This document shows positions 1-11,271 of a stretch of DNA of 64,000 nucleotides, piece by piece (positions within the stretch are counted from its first letter, which is position 1; each line of letters starts with the position of its first letter). The notes under the pieces were generated by a model. That model was not told the DNA's origin and did not search any database. It saw only the letters and a list, made by a program, of their open reading frames with translations. The stretch covers positions 27,962,001 through 28,026,000 of the forward strand of contig OX597838.1 in NCBI GenBank assembly GCA_951406725.2. The letters run 5' to 3'. The stretch is from Octopus vulgaris (Eukaryota). Both the position numbers and the translations under genes were made by a program.

Positions 1-699
1 CATATCATGGCACTGTTGTTTATGACGATGAGGGTTCTAATTGATGTGTTAAAACACTTTTCTTATCAGGAATAATTTTAGATATCATTGTCCGTCTTAA
101 ACTTTACACACATGCTATCACAACCATCATTTCTCCTTTTTCATAGCATTTGATCATCACCTTCCAAAGAAAGAGCGAGGCACTTAGGACCACCGGGACT
201 AGATTTAGCAGTAGGACCTTTGTTGGGGGACATGGTATATGAGAAAGCATAAATTTATATACAGTAACTGCAAACACGTATTTTGAATTTTCTGGTATGA
301 ACTACAATGTTATTTTGCTGTGGAATACTGGAAAACTGCTTATGAAAGCTATGTAAATAAGTGTAAATATTGTAACTATTTATATCTTAAAAAATTATCA
401 GCTTTTATCTGTTTCAATAAATGATTTGTATTTTATTTGATTTTATTTGATTTTTCTACTTCAGTATTGGTGTGTAGGAATTTTAAAAAATTTGGATGCT
501 TTTGAATATCTTTGTTGAGACTGACATAAAGTCTGCAAAATCAACTCATGTTGAAGTTTATAATTTTCTTCCTTTTATTTCTTAAAAAATAAAACAAATG
601 AAAAAAATGATGTGAAGTTGAAAAAGGCCTAACCTACAAAACCATGTAGGTTGTGGTATGCTTGGTTTTAAAATTATGTATATGTGTGTGTTTGACCCT

Positions 700-1041
700 G
701 TCAGTGCTGGTGCCATGTGAAAAGCAATGGTGCTGATGCCATGTGAAAGGCATGGGTGCTGGTGTCACGTGAAAAGTGCTGGTGCTATGTGAAAAGCACC
801 CAGTACACTCTGTAGAGTGGACAGTTTGACAGGTGTTGGCAAAGGCCAGGAACCACACGAGGTTCCATTGTCTGCTTTGGTAAAGTCTTTACAGGGCATC
901 CAGCTGAAAAGACTATACCAAAGCAGACAATGGAACCCTCTGTGGTTCCTAGCTTTTCCAACACCTGTCAAACTGTCCAACTCATACCAGCATGGAAAAC
1001 AGACGTTAAATGATGATGACAATGATGACGATGATGATGAT
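700..1041 (+). mobile_element. RTE-LINE 3' UTR-derived repeat with (GAT)n tail
   Basis: Tandem tgctggtgccatgtgaaaag units, agggcatccagctg core and catggaaaacagacgttaaatgatgat tail. The same sequence follows RTE coding remnants at 48233 and 51650. Confidence 0.7.
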
Positions 1042-1047
1042 AATATA

Positions 1048-1571
1048 TCGTAAATCTTCAAGTATAATCCACATTTTTTCCCCAAAATTTAATGGTCAAA
1101 ATCCCTAGTGTGTACTATAAATGAGGTTAAAAATGAAAAATATTTTCTAAGCAATATCCGAGTCTCTATTTACTGTCCAGCAATGTTTATTCAGACGCAT
1201 TTTGTGATGTTGGGCGTGAAAATACCTTAAGCTAAGCCTGAAAGCAATGAAGTCATAAAAGAATCATCCATAACTTGCAGTAAGCAACATTTATTAAAAT
1301 AAAAGTATTCAGAACACAGAATAACATGTAACAAAAACAATTTGCAAACATATATTCACATTCCCATATAACAGTTAAGAACATCACCATTATTATATTA
1401 CGCATGTGTGGAAGTGTTTGTTCAACAAGGTGCTGCTGGCTTAATTACACATGACTCAATTTAGAGAAGGCGTGCGTATTATACACAGGGTTTAGGTTTT
1501 TCAGAGGTACATCCCCCTAAAAATCTCCTGCATATTATACTGAAGGGTGGACTATACTCGAGGATTTATTG
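1048..1571. mobile_element. Non-autonomous Tc1/pogo-type DNA transposon
   Basis: Imperfect TIRs tcgtaaatcttcaagtataatccac / gtggactatactcgaggatttattg, TA on both flanks, and subterminal tgcgtattatac-like repeats. Confidence 0.65.
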
Positions 1572-1652
1572 TATTTGTTCCTACATATCTTTCACTATAG
1601 TACTTACTGATGCTTCTTAGGTCCAACTTTTCTCTCAAGGTACTTACACTCT

Positions 1653-1810
1653 AAGGCTACCATTTGTTTCATGTTAAGAAGAGTAGGAGTATCTGAGTAT
1701 CTTAACACCTCCAGGAGGCGACCAGCTTTCTCCATGTGATCGGCTTGAAAAATTGTTAAGATACTTGGATATTTTCCTACTCTTCTTAACATGAAACCAA
1801 TGGTAGCCTT
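1653..1810. repeat. Inverted repeat, ~55-bp arms with 46-bp spacer
   Basis: aaggctaccatttgtttcatgttaagaagagtagga...cttaaca (1653-1707) is the reverse complement of tgttaag...tcctactcttcttaacatgaaaccaatggtagcctt (1754-1810). Confidence 0.85.
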
Positions 1811-3380
1811 GATTCACAAATAAAGAAATTATTTATCCACCAATTCGGTGTTGAACACTCATTCCAACGTTCTACATTTACGTATATATATATGCACACA
1901 TATATACACATACACACACATATATATATATATATTTATATATACATATATAAACACACACACACACATATATATATATGTAAATACATGTATGTATCTA
2001 TGCATATATATATATATGTCTATATATGTACCTTGCAAGTTTACTTTGTCTCTCTCTCTCTACACACACACGTATATGTCAATATATATATATGCACATA
2101 TGTATGATGTAATAAATGGGCATGTACACATATATACACGCAATGAATATACACATGTACACACAAATACAGTATGCTTAGAAACACCGAAATATTTGTG
2201 TATAACATTTTCCGAATATGTAGTAGTGCATAATAGCAATATTCCATACGTAAGTTTTAATTAAGAACAAGTAAACAATTAACAGCGAATACATGTATAG
2301 CAATTAAAATTTGCCTCTTATCTCGTTATATTTATTGTGTATGTGTATAAATACTTATTATCTGTATAAATTATTAACTCGCACGGATAAACTGCTGTGA
2401 CAACACATACGTGCATGATCACACACAGATATTACGCACATGTGTGTTGCAATCGTCCTGGAAATATATATTAACAAATTTCATAAGAAAGCGGTAAACG
2501 TTACCAGTAAAGAGGGCGAGAGAGAGAGATAGAAGGGGGGGGGGGGGAGAAAGAAAGAGAGAGGCAGAGAGAGAACTGTAGTTTAATATTTTTGTCAAGT
2601 TAAAGTGTTTGGGTCTTTTCTAGTCTATCCTTCTGGTTTAAGTGTTTAGATTTAGATTTTTCTTTCACCACAAAAAGTTCTCTGTCAGTCAGCAACATCT
2701 CAATTAATATAGCCATTAAAACGGACAGCTAATTATCCCTCTTCTTCCCCGCCCCGCATATACTTATGTATATGACACGCATATATGCATACATAAATAC
2801 AAAAAAACACATATACGTTATGTGTATATTCATGTATGTACAGATGCTCTTTTAACGCAGAAATAGTTTGTATTCTTTCTTCTATTTTCTCTCGCTTTCT
2901 CTCTTATTTATTTATATTGCCGTTGTCTACCCGGCTGTCTATCTCATTCCCTCACTAACTTTTGTTTTCCTTCTCCGTCTCTTCTCACACATAACTTAGC
3001 CTTTCTGAGTCACTCTCTCTCTCTTTCCCTTTCTTTCTCTATAATGTAGTTGTCCACACCTCTCTATCTCGCTTCCTTACTTTTATTTTACATATCTCCT
3101 CCATTATCGCCACCCTCCCCTAATATCCTTTCACTTCTATCTGTCAATCTATTTCTCTTTCTCTCACTCCCCTTTTTTACTAACCTTTCTATCGTTCTCA
3201 CTCTCCTTTTCATTTCACTCCGTCACTTTCGTTTTTCTCTTCCTCTTCCTCTCACACACAACTTACTATTTTTTTTTGAGGCACCCTCATTCCCTCTCAC
3301 TTACATCACTCCGTGTCTCTCCTATTTCTTTCTTTCTTTCTCTTTCCATCCATTACATCTATCTATCTATCTCGTCTCCC

Positions 3381-3505
3381 TCCCTCACATTTATCTATCT
3401 GTCTCTCCCGATCCCCTCCCTCCCTCACATTTATCTATCTGTCTCTCCCTATCCCCTCCCTCCCTCACATTTATCTATCTGTCTCTCCCTGTTCCCTCCC
3501 TCCCT
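3381..3505. repeat. 40-bp tandem repeat (about 3 copies) within a pyrimidine-rich tract
   Basis: tccctcacatttatctatctgtctctccc... recurs at 3381, 3421 and 3461. Confidence 0.85.
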
Positions 3506-3514
3506 CTCTCTCTC

Positions 3515-3565
3515 ACTACTGGCTTCCGGCGCCTCGACTCCATCTAACATGATGGCGGAGCACTC
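3515..3565 (+). promoter_or_regulatory. Putative core promoter/TSS region of the Mondo gene
   Basis: ETS-type CTTCCGG at 3523-3529 and YY1-like ATGGCGG at 3552-3558, at the end of a long polypyrimidine tract, with locally raised CpG ~400 bp upstream of the ATG. Confidence 0.4.
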
Positions 3566-3824
3566 TCTACTCGATCCTCTCTACGACTACAAAACATTCA
3601 CCGTTGAATTACAACTTTGTGCATTTTTTATAACATTGCTCGCGTGTACCTGCCCAACCTCAATGAAATCAAGTGACATTCTAGCCAAGAATTTTGGCCG
3701 AATCTTCGCTAAATACCAATCCGTGAAGCACTTTTCATGCGTCTTTTTCACGCTATCTTTGCTACACTGAAATATTTTGCGAAAAGGTTGTTAAACACCG
3801 AATGACTTCTTTCTCTTTTAACTT

Positions 3825-3861
3825 CTTCTCTTGCCTTTTTTTTTTTTTCTTTGTTTTACAG
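3825..3861 (+). promoter_or_regulatory. Candidate splice acceptor in the 5' UTR (polypyrimidine tract + CAG)
   Basis: cttctcttgcc(T)n ctttgttttacag ends at 3861, 80 nt before the ATG. Confidence 0.45.
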
Positions 3862-3941
3862 ATGAATTATTTTGACTTAGTTTAAAACAAAGGCGGGGTG
3901 AAAATTTATTTTTTATCTTGAAGTTACGATTTTGTTATGTG

Positions 3942-4570
3942 ATGGCCATTGATGATATATTGCCGACAAAATCGAGACAGAAAATGTTAGATACTCGCCG
4001 TTTGTTCAACGCGAATATGGATACGACAACTACGACTAGTGCTATTGGAAGTTCAGCAAGTCTTGATACTGGCAACATCAATGATAATCAAAATGCAATA
4101 GAAACCCTCTTGAAAAACAGCACCAATTTTGAATTAATCATGCCTTCAACTTCGTCGGTGTCTGGTGCTAGAAGTGGCCATATTGCTCTTGACGCGAATG
4201 TCAACAACAATAACGACGGCACTCACAACAACAACATGATTTTCTCTGGAAACTTAAACCTAAGTAATAACTTTAACATTGATAACATGAACTTTACCTA
4301 CGAGGAAACAATTCACAGTGGTCACTTTATGCTAAGTCAGGTCCACGATGACAAAACTGCAGACGATTATGATGATGAAAATACTGTCAAAGAGGAGAAA
4401 GACGCTCAGTCCTCTTCGACGGGCCTCAATTTTCTCAGTTCTTCGACCTCCCACGAAAATGTTGGTGCTACAAATTTGGATTTTAGGGACTATAGTGCTA
4501 CACAGTCAACACTTTTCTCCATTGACGGTTCTCTTACCAAACTATTCGAGTGTATGACCTTAGCTTACAG
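3942..4570 (+). CDS. MLXIP: First coding exon of a Mondo-family (MLXIP/MondoA, MLXIPL/ChREBP) glucose-sensing bHLH-Zip transcription factor; ends in a phase-2 intron
   Basis: ORF 3918-4574 contains EETIHSGHFMLS (Mondo conserved region 1) and SIDGSLTKLFECMTLAY (MCR2). The first in-frame ATG is at 3942 in a gtgATGG context. TAC AG|GTGAGT donor at 4570/4571 matches the LAYS|G junction known from vertebrate MLXIP. Invertebrates have a single Mondo gene, so the paralogue name is nominal. Confidence 0.92.
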
Positions 4571-5019
4571 GTGAGTCTCGAAATTGAAACTAGTACTTTA
4601 TTAAACTAAAATTAATTATGTATATTTTTGATAATTGCCCCTGTTTCTACGAAGTTTCATTTTTCTGAAAAAAAAATCCTTTCTTTTTTACTTTTTCACT
4701 CCATTCTAGTCCATTTCATTCCCTTAAAAGCCTGAACTCTGTACGCAGAGGGTTAACACAGACGATCTCAATATCAAACCAGCTGATTTTTTACTCTGGC
4801 AGCGGTTTGACCTCTCCTCTTCCTCAGCTTCTACCATTCTCGCTAGTTTATTATATAATATATCTACACACCCTGCTGTATGTATTCCTATACGCACACA
4901 CTCAAATGTATACCCTTATATATAACAACATAAATAATATATAAACATATGCATATATACATACATATATGCACATACCTACACCTATATGTATATATAC
5001 ATGCATATATGGGTACAGT

Positions 5020-5077
<58 letters not shown>

Positions 5078-5657
5078 GCACATACACACATAGATGTTTG
5101 TATATACATCCATATATTTACACAGTTTGTTTAATTACTTTTTCACACGTTACCCTATTTTTTTTTTCAAATCGTCTGCATTAAAACAAAAAGAAAAGAA
5201 AACGGTTAAAGCATTAAAAAATGCGCTTTTAATGCAAAACAGGCAAAGTGCGCTCGAGGTGTTGGGGGAAGTGAGGCCAGGGGTTGCTCTGTGTCTGCTG
5301 AAATCACTTGTTGCAAATGCTGAGTTACAGAAGAAAAAAAAAAATGAAAAGTGTTTAATCTCGTAAAAGCTTCCATAGTGAAATTTAAGACAATTTAGTT
5401 GCTCGTATTTGTTGTTTTGGCCCAATAATAGTAGTTTTGTTATTAGACATTCACACACATAACGTTGCCCCGATTGCCTTCTGTAAGGGCTGATGTTTTT
5501 AGCAGCAGTCGATGTAAACATGGTGTGTGTGTGTGTGTGTGTGTGTTATAAACGCGCACGCGCGCTCACATTATCTACCCTCCCCCCACACATTAGTGTA
5601 CATGTATACACGTATACTTCAAATTGTATGTATTGAATGTGTAAGCGCGCACGAGTG

Positions 5658-5690
<33 letters not shown>

Positions 5691-5748
5691 GCGACGGAAA
5701 AGTATACTAGAACCGTAAGATTGCCATATATATATATATTTACATATA

Positions 5749-5999
5749 GGTATTACTTAAGAAGAGTGGTCCCGGTGCGCGCACTTGCGTACTCGCGCAT
5801 CCGCTCTAGCTAGTCGTGACTAGTCGATCCTACAACGACTACCCAGCAAAATGAATAAAACACAAAAACAAAAAATAATTTTTTAAACAAAGTAAATAAA
5901 GCAAAAACACAAAGTAAGGATCGACTAGTCACGACTAGCTAGCGCGGATGCGCATGTACGCGAGTGCGCGCACCGGGACCACTCTTCTGAAGTAGTACC
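5749..5999. mobile_element. GC/CpG-rich MITE with ~80-bp TIRs (Harbinger-like ends)
   Basis: GGTATTACTTAAGAAGAGTGGTCCCGGTGCGCGCAC...GATCCT mirrors AGGATC...GTGCGCGCACCGGGACCACTCTTCTGAAGTAGTACC; ATA on both flanks; A-rich spacer. Confidence 0.75.
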
Positions 6000-6064
6000 A
6001 TATATATATATATACACACACACACCCACAAATATAATCAGTCGTCTAAGAATCCACGAGCTAG

Positions 6065-6107
<43 letters not shown>

Positions 6108-6960
6108 TGGGCAATATTTCGGCTGTTAAAGATTGCTGCATGCATGTATGTATAAATGTATGCTTGCGCGTGTGTACATGTGTAAACGTATGCTTATAAT
6201 TATGAATATTGAATGTGTGAGTGTATTCGACTAAACGCATGCTAAAGTGTGTATAAACGTATACGTATAAATGTATGTCAAATGCATATGTGTGTGTGTA
6301 TATTAAATGTTTTGGTAATTGTGTGTGTATAAATGAATGCATAATTGCGAGTGTACATTCAATGTTCATGTGTCGTTTTCGGCGTAACCCCAACCCCCAA
6401 ACACCGGGTGTACATAGTCTATACTTTCGCCAACATGTATGTGTAAACGTATGTGTGTGTGTGTGTACAGTATATGCAATAGGTGTGTCTGTGTGTGTGA
6501 ATATGTATAAAAATAATGTATACAGATGTACGTGTATGTAATGTTAGCGGCTGTTTGCAGTGTGTATTATATATAACGAGCGGGTGTGGTGGGGTGCTTG
6601 ACGAGCGAGTATATATATCTACGTAAGTGTGTGCGAGGGATATTATTATACTTGTACTTCTAAACACTGACATACATACAAATGTTTATGTATTTATGCA
6701 TCTATGCGCGCGCAGGCTTCACGTTGGGGGCTCTAAACAGGTTATTTGCCTCGGTTCACCTTGTTTTCTTTTTACCTGCCGTAAACTTTGTTACTATATC
6801 TCCTACCTACTACTGCTTACACAAAAAAGGTGAGGAGGACGAAACCGTGTGTTCCTTTTAATCCCCCACAACGTTTCGAAATCTGGGAGTCGAGTTCCGA
6901 CCGCGCTTCTGGATCCTAACCTTTTATTTTTTTTTTTGATAGGGGAACAATTTTGGGTTT

Positions 6961-7279
6961 ATACTCTTTACTCTTTTACTTGTTTCAGTCATTTGACTGC
7001 GGCCATGCTGGAGCACCGCCTTTAGTCGAGTAAATCGACCCCGGGACTTATTCTTTGTAAGCCCAGTACTTATTCTATCGGTTTCTTTTGCCGAACCGCT
7101 AAGTGACGGGGACGTAAACACACCAGCATCGGTTGTCAAGCAATGCTAGGGGGACAAACACAGACGCACAAACACATATATATATATATATACACATATA
7201 TACGACAGGCTTCTTTCAGTTTCCGTCTACCAAATCCACTCACAAGGCATTGGTCGGCCCGGGGCTATAGCAGAAGACC
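6961..7279 (-). mobile_element. SINE family A, 5'-truncated copy
   Basis: Reverse complement of the body and (GTAAAAGA)n tail of the copy at 36366-36770. Confidence 0.85.
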
Positions 7280-7828
7280 ACACACACACACACAGTCGTG
7301 ATAGTTTAACACGCCTGCTTTTACACACACACACTCACATTCTTACACTCATACTCGCACACCCTCCTACGTGCTCACATTCACTCACGCACAAAGTTCT
7401 ATCTCTTACCTCTGCCCTTGTTTCTTGTGAGTTCTTTTGAAAAATAAAGCAATAACGATAATGAAAGCCGATGTCAGTTTCTAAGGTTCATAGTTCGAAT
7501 TCATTCTCTTGGCACTTATAACCGATGTCATCGTCATATCTCGGTCAAAGAGTTGCAACCCGCTGAGCAAAAAAAATACTTGGGTGATTATTCGTAGTTG
7601 GTGTTTATTCCCCCACTTACCAATCCTGATCGAACAGACCCTGTGATTATAAAACATTTCAACCGTGACCACTCCGTCTCTCGAGAATATTAAGGACATT
7701 TTTCTCTGTATTTTCCTTTTTGTTTTTAAGGCAGTATGGTGTGAAATGAGAATTTTGGCTGTTATCTCTAGCAGATTGAACAACCACGTAGTCGTCCTTG
7801 CTGGTTTGGTGTTTATTGTTGTTAATAT

Positions 7829-8035
7829 GGCCAGATGGCAGAATCGTTAGCACACCGGGCGAAATGCTTAGCGGCATCTCGTCCATTTTTACGTTTTGAA
7901 TTCAAATTACGCCAAGGCCGACCTTGCCTTTCGTCCTTTAGGGGTCGAAATAAAGTATGAGTTGAGCACTGGGGTCGATGTAATCGACTACCTTCCCCCA
8001 AACTAGTTGGCCTTGTGCTAAAATCTGAAATTAAT
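7829..8035 (+). mobile_element. SINE family B, older copy
   Basis: ggcagaatcgttagcacaccgggcgaaatgcttagcgg...ggggtcga...cactggggtcgatgtaatcgac matches many copies in the window. Confidence 0.75.
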
Positions 8036-8039
8036 ACTA

Positions 8040-9050
8040 TGAAGTTGAGTAAAAAGTAAGCAACGTTTCAAACCATGAAGAATTTGTACTGGATTTTTGA
8101 TGAGTTTTGAAAATGGTTTAAACGATTTTGCAGTGGAGACCTGAGCCTTGAAGATTGAGTATAATGGACATCCATTTGTCATTGATGACGGTCAATTAAA
8201 GACCGTCATTGAGAAAGATCCGCATAAAATCACTCGAACTGGCAAAAGAACTTCAAATTAGCCAGAAAACTGCCTGCAACCATTTGCATGTGATCAGAAA
8301 ATCAAGAAAGCTCGACAAATGGGTAACACACGATTTGAATGAAAATCAGAAAATGCACAGATGTGAAATTTGCTTGCTGCTTCTTCTCCATAACCAGACT
8401 GATTCATTTCTTGACCGTATTGTAACTTGCACTGAAAAGTGGATTCTGTACAATAATAAAAAACATTCTTCACAGTAGTTGGACCAAAATGGGGCAGCGA
8501 AAACCTTCCCTAAACCTGAGCTCTTCAAAAAGGTTATCGTGACTTGTAGTGTATTGCTGGACTCATCCACTATAACTTCTTAAAACCTGGAAAAATCATT
8601 ACTGCAGAAACATATTGCCATGAAATTGCTGAAATGAATGAAAAACTGCTACTCCACCATTCCAGCCTGGTCAATAGAAGCGGGCCAATCATTCTTCATG
8701 ACAATTCTCGACCATATTTCACTAATGATGCTCCAGAAGTTAATGGAACTTGGCTACGAAGTTCTTCTCCACCCAGCTTATACCCCAGACCTTTCTCCTA
8801 CCGACTACCATTTCTTCAAGCACCTTGATGGTTTCTTGCGAAGAGAAGGAGTTCAAAAATCAAACTGATGCTGAAAGCACATTCAAAGAGTCCATCAGCT
8901 CCTGAACTCCAGATTTTTATGTTACCAGAATAAACAAAAATCTGTTGATTGTAATGGTATTTACTTTAATGAATAAAATTTCCGCATTGTTGAAATATAT
9001 TGTGATGAATTTCATGCTTCAAAACATTGCTTACTTTTTACTCAGCCTGA
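8040..9050 (+). mobile_element. Degenerate mariner transposon with transposase pseudogene
   Basis: TIRs (gagtaaaaagtaagcaacgttt / aaacattgcttactttttactc) flanked by TA. Frameshifted motifs WVTHDL, FLDRIVTCTEKWILY, IILHDNSRP and HPAYTPDLSPTDYHFF correspond to mariner WVPHEL, TGDEKW, HDNARPH and YSPDLAPSDY. Confidence 0.92.
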
Positions 9051-9617
9051 TATTAAAGCGGCGAGCTAGCGGATTTGTTAGTACATCAGACAAAATCCTT
9101 AATTGCATCTCTTCCGCCTCTATACTGAGTTCAAATATGGCCAAGGTCATCCTTGCTTTTCATTTTTTTAAAAATAAAGTAACTGTCATGTACTGGGCCA
9201 GTGTAATTGACTATTCCCCTTCTTAGATTCCTGGCTTTGTACCAAAATTTGAAACCATGGTGAGTAGAACAGTCTACTCCTCATGGATTTAATAAAGTTT
9301 GATTTCATGCACTTGTTGGAGGTACCCATGCTTTTAGTAGAAGGTGCTGGACAGAAAGATATTCCTAAAGCACAGGAGCAAAAAGCACAGCTGTCTGAGG
9401 TTCAATAACATTCAAACTGAGTAAGATTCTAACATCAACTTAGAATTTTGTTAAAATAAGAAAGTTCTAGTTGTTGAAAAGTTGGCTACTTTTGGAAACA
9501 TTTGGATGTCCATTCATTTGATGAATTTAAAACCAAAGCATCTCAGAATCTATCTGACCCCAAAAGAAGTTGGACCCCATATCTACTGCTCTCAGAAGTA
9601 TCTCCACCAATAATTAA

Positions 9618-10026
9618 CCCATTAGCATTTAAGCCAGCCATATCAGGCTTAAATATTTTACATGTATTATGACCAAATTCAGCTTTAAACACCTAGTGTA
9701 TAATCATTATAAAAATATATCACCACATCATTAAAATCTAGAAACGGTGAGATAATGCATGATTAACCCTTTCATTACTGTATTTATTTTGAGATGCTCT
9801 GTATTTCTTTCAATTACGTTAAATATAACAAAGAATTTAATAAAGTAACTTAGTTATCATTAAGCTAGTGTTAGGAACATAAATTGTGACTAAGGTTTGG
9901 TGGAAGATTTTAATTCAGAACTTTTGAAAACAGAACATTTGTTCTACAGAGCCAGAGCTGGTTTCAATTTGAATAATTTGAATAAATAAGCATTATGCTG
10001 GGCAGAATAATTTGAATGCTTAAGGG
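9618..10026. mobile_element. piggyBac-like MITE family 2 with a truncated family-1 MITE nested at an internal TTAA (9767-9966)
   Basis: TTAA-CCC...GGG-TTAA outer ends. The inner element starts at gattaa|ccctttc and matches 33863-34083. Confidence 0.75.
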
Positions 10027-10190
10027 TTAAGCTTAGTACTTTGAAGAATGATTCAGGTGGCTCATTGTGCCTTCCCATTCACAGATTGGCTCATCAAAGG
10101 CTCTGTGGAATGATCATTATCAAGCATTCTTCTGTGTTGTCCAGCCTTCTCTTTGCGTTTCTGCTGTGAGTTTTTCTTTGGCTCACCTTT

Positions 10191-10515
10191 GGCACTCTGT
10201 CAGTTATGATGACAAGGTTTCCAATTGATCTGATCAACGGAACAACCTGCTCATGAAGTTAATGTCAATGTGGCCTGAGCACTTCACAAACATGTATACC
10301 CTTAATGTAGTTCTCAGGATGATTCAGCTTGACACAGTGTAACAAGGCCGGCCCTTTGAAATACAGGTACTACTCATTTTTGCTAGCTGAGTGGACTGGA
10401 GCAGTGTGAAATAGTTTCTTGCTCAAGGATACAGCACATCGCCAGGAATTGAACTCATGACCTTGCAATTGTGAGCCAAATACCCTGACCAGTAAACCAC
10501 GTACTTTCACTGGCT
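10191..10515 (-). mobile_element. tRNA-derived SINE family D (older subfamily)
   Basis: Minus strand reads gagttcaattcctgg...tgtatccttgagcaag...ccagtccactcagct, like the head of 51028-51358. Its tail also occurs at window positions 9-45 and ~54345-54520. Confidence 0.65.
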
Positions 10516-11271
10516 TACCTTTACATAGAATATAACTAGATATATTGTACATCTATCCTTGTTTATCACAGGAGTTTAAAAAAAAAATCACCTCTATGCA
10601 CTTTTGTAAACCGAATGAATGGTAGATTCATTGGCATCTAACCTATGGCCAACAGCAGTGAAGCTTCTACTATCAAATATTTTCTTGATCATCTCTACCT
10701 TTTCCTGTAGGGAATCCACTCATCTGTGTTGTCTTTTAGGATCAGGCACCTTCGTGTTTTCTCTCTTGATGGGCACAAGTACTGTAAATCCATAGAAAAA
10801 CTATTGCAGCCTCACAGCTTAGTTATGTAAACACAAGTGATAGTCAGTGTGTTCTGGGTAGCTGAGCATTGTGGGTGGCTGCTGCAGTGTGTTTTTGCAG
10901 CACAAGCAGTCTTCGATTGATCACCAACCTATGTTATCAGAGATCAATTCACAATAACTGTAACACTGTTCACAATTGAGCTTGCGTATCCTCACAGATC
11001 CGTGCTGACTGAATCAGTGACAAGAATATACTACAATTTAAATTCTTCAATCCAAATCCTCTGCAGGTATTCCATTGTCCATTTGAGCAGTGCACCTATT
11101 TCTAAACACCTCACTTTTATCTGGCTGTTAGGAATAAATGCCAGATTATTTACAGATGTTAGGCATCATGGACCAGTGTTTGCTCTAGGAGGAGAGCTTC
11201 ACCAGAGAGGTTCACTTTATGTCACGAAACCGGAACCTTTCAGAAGCACTTTAGAGCATTAAATTATTAAT

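Noticed and set aside
1848-2264. ORFs rich in YI/HT/CV (also near 4888, 31104, 50258, 60274 and others)
   Set aside because: Translations of (TA)n, (CA)n and (TG)n microsatellites, not genes.
3050-3547. 165-aa Leu/Ser/Pro/Phe-rich ORF
   Set aside because: Artefact of the pyrimidine-rich tract and the 40-bp repeat.
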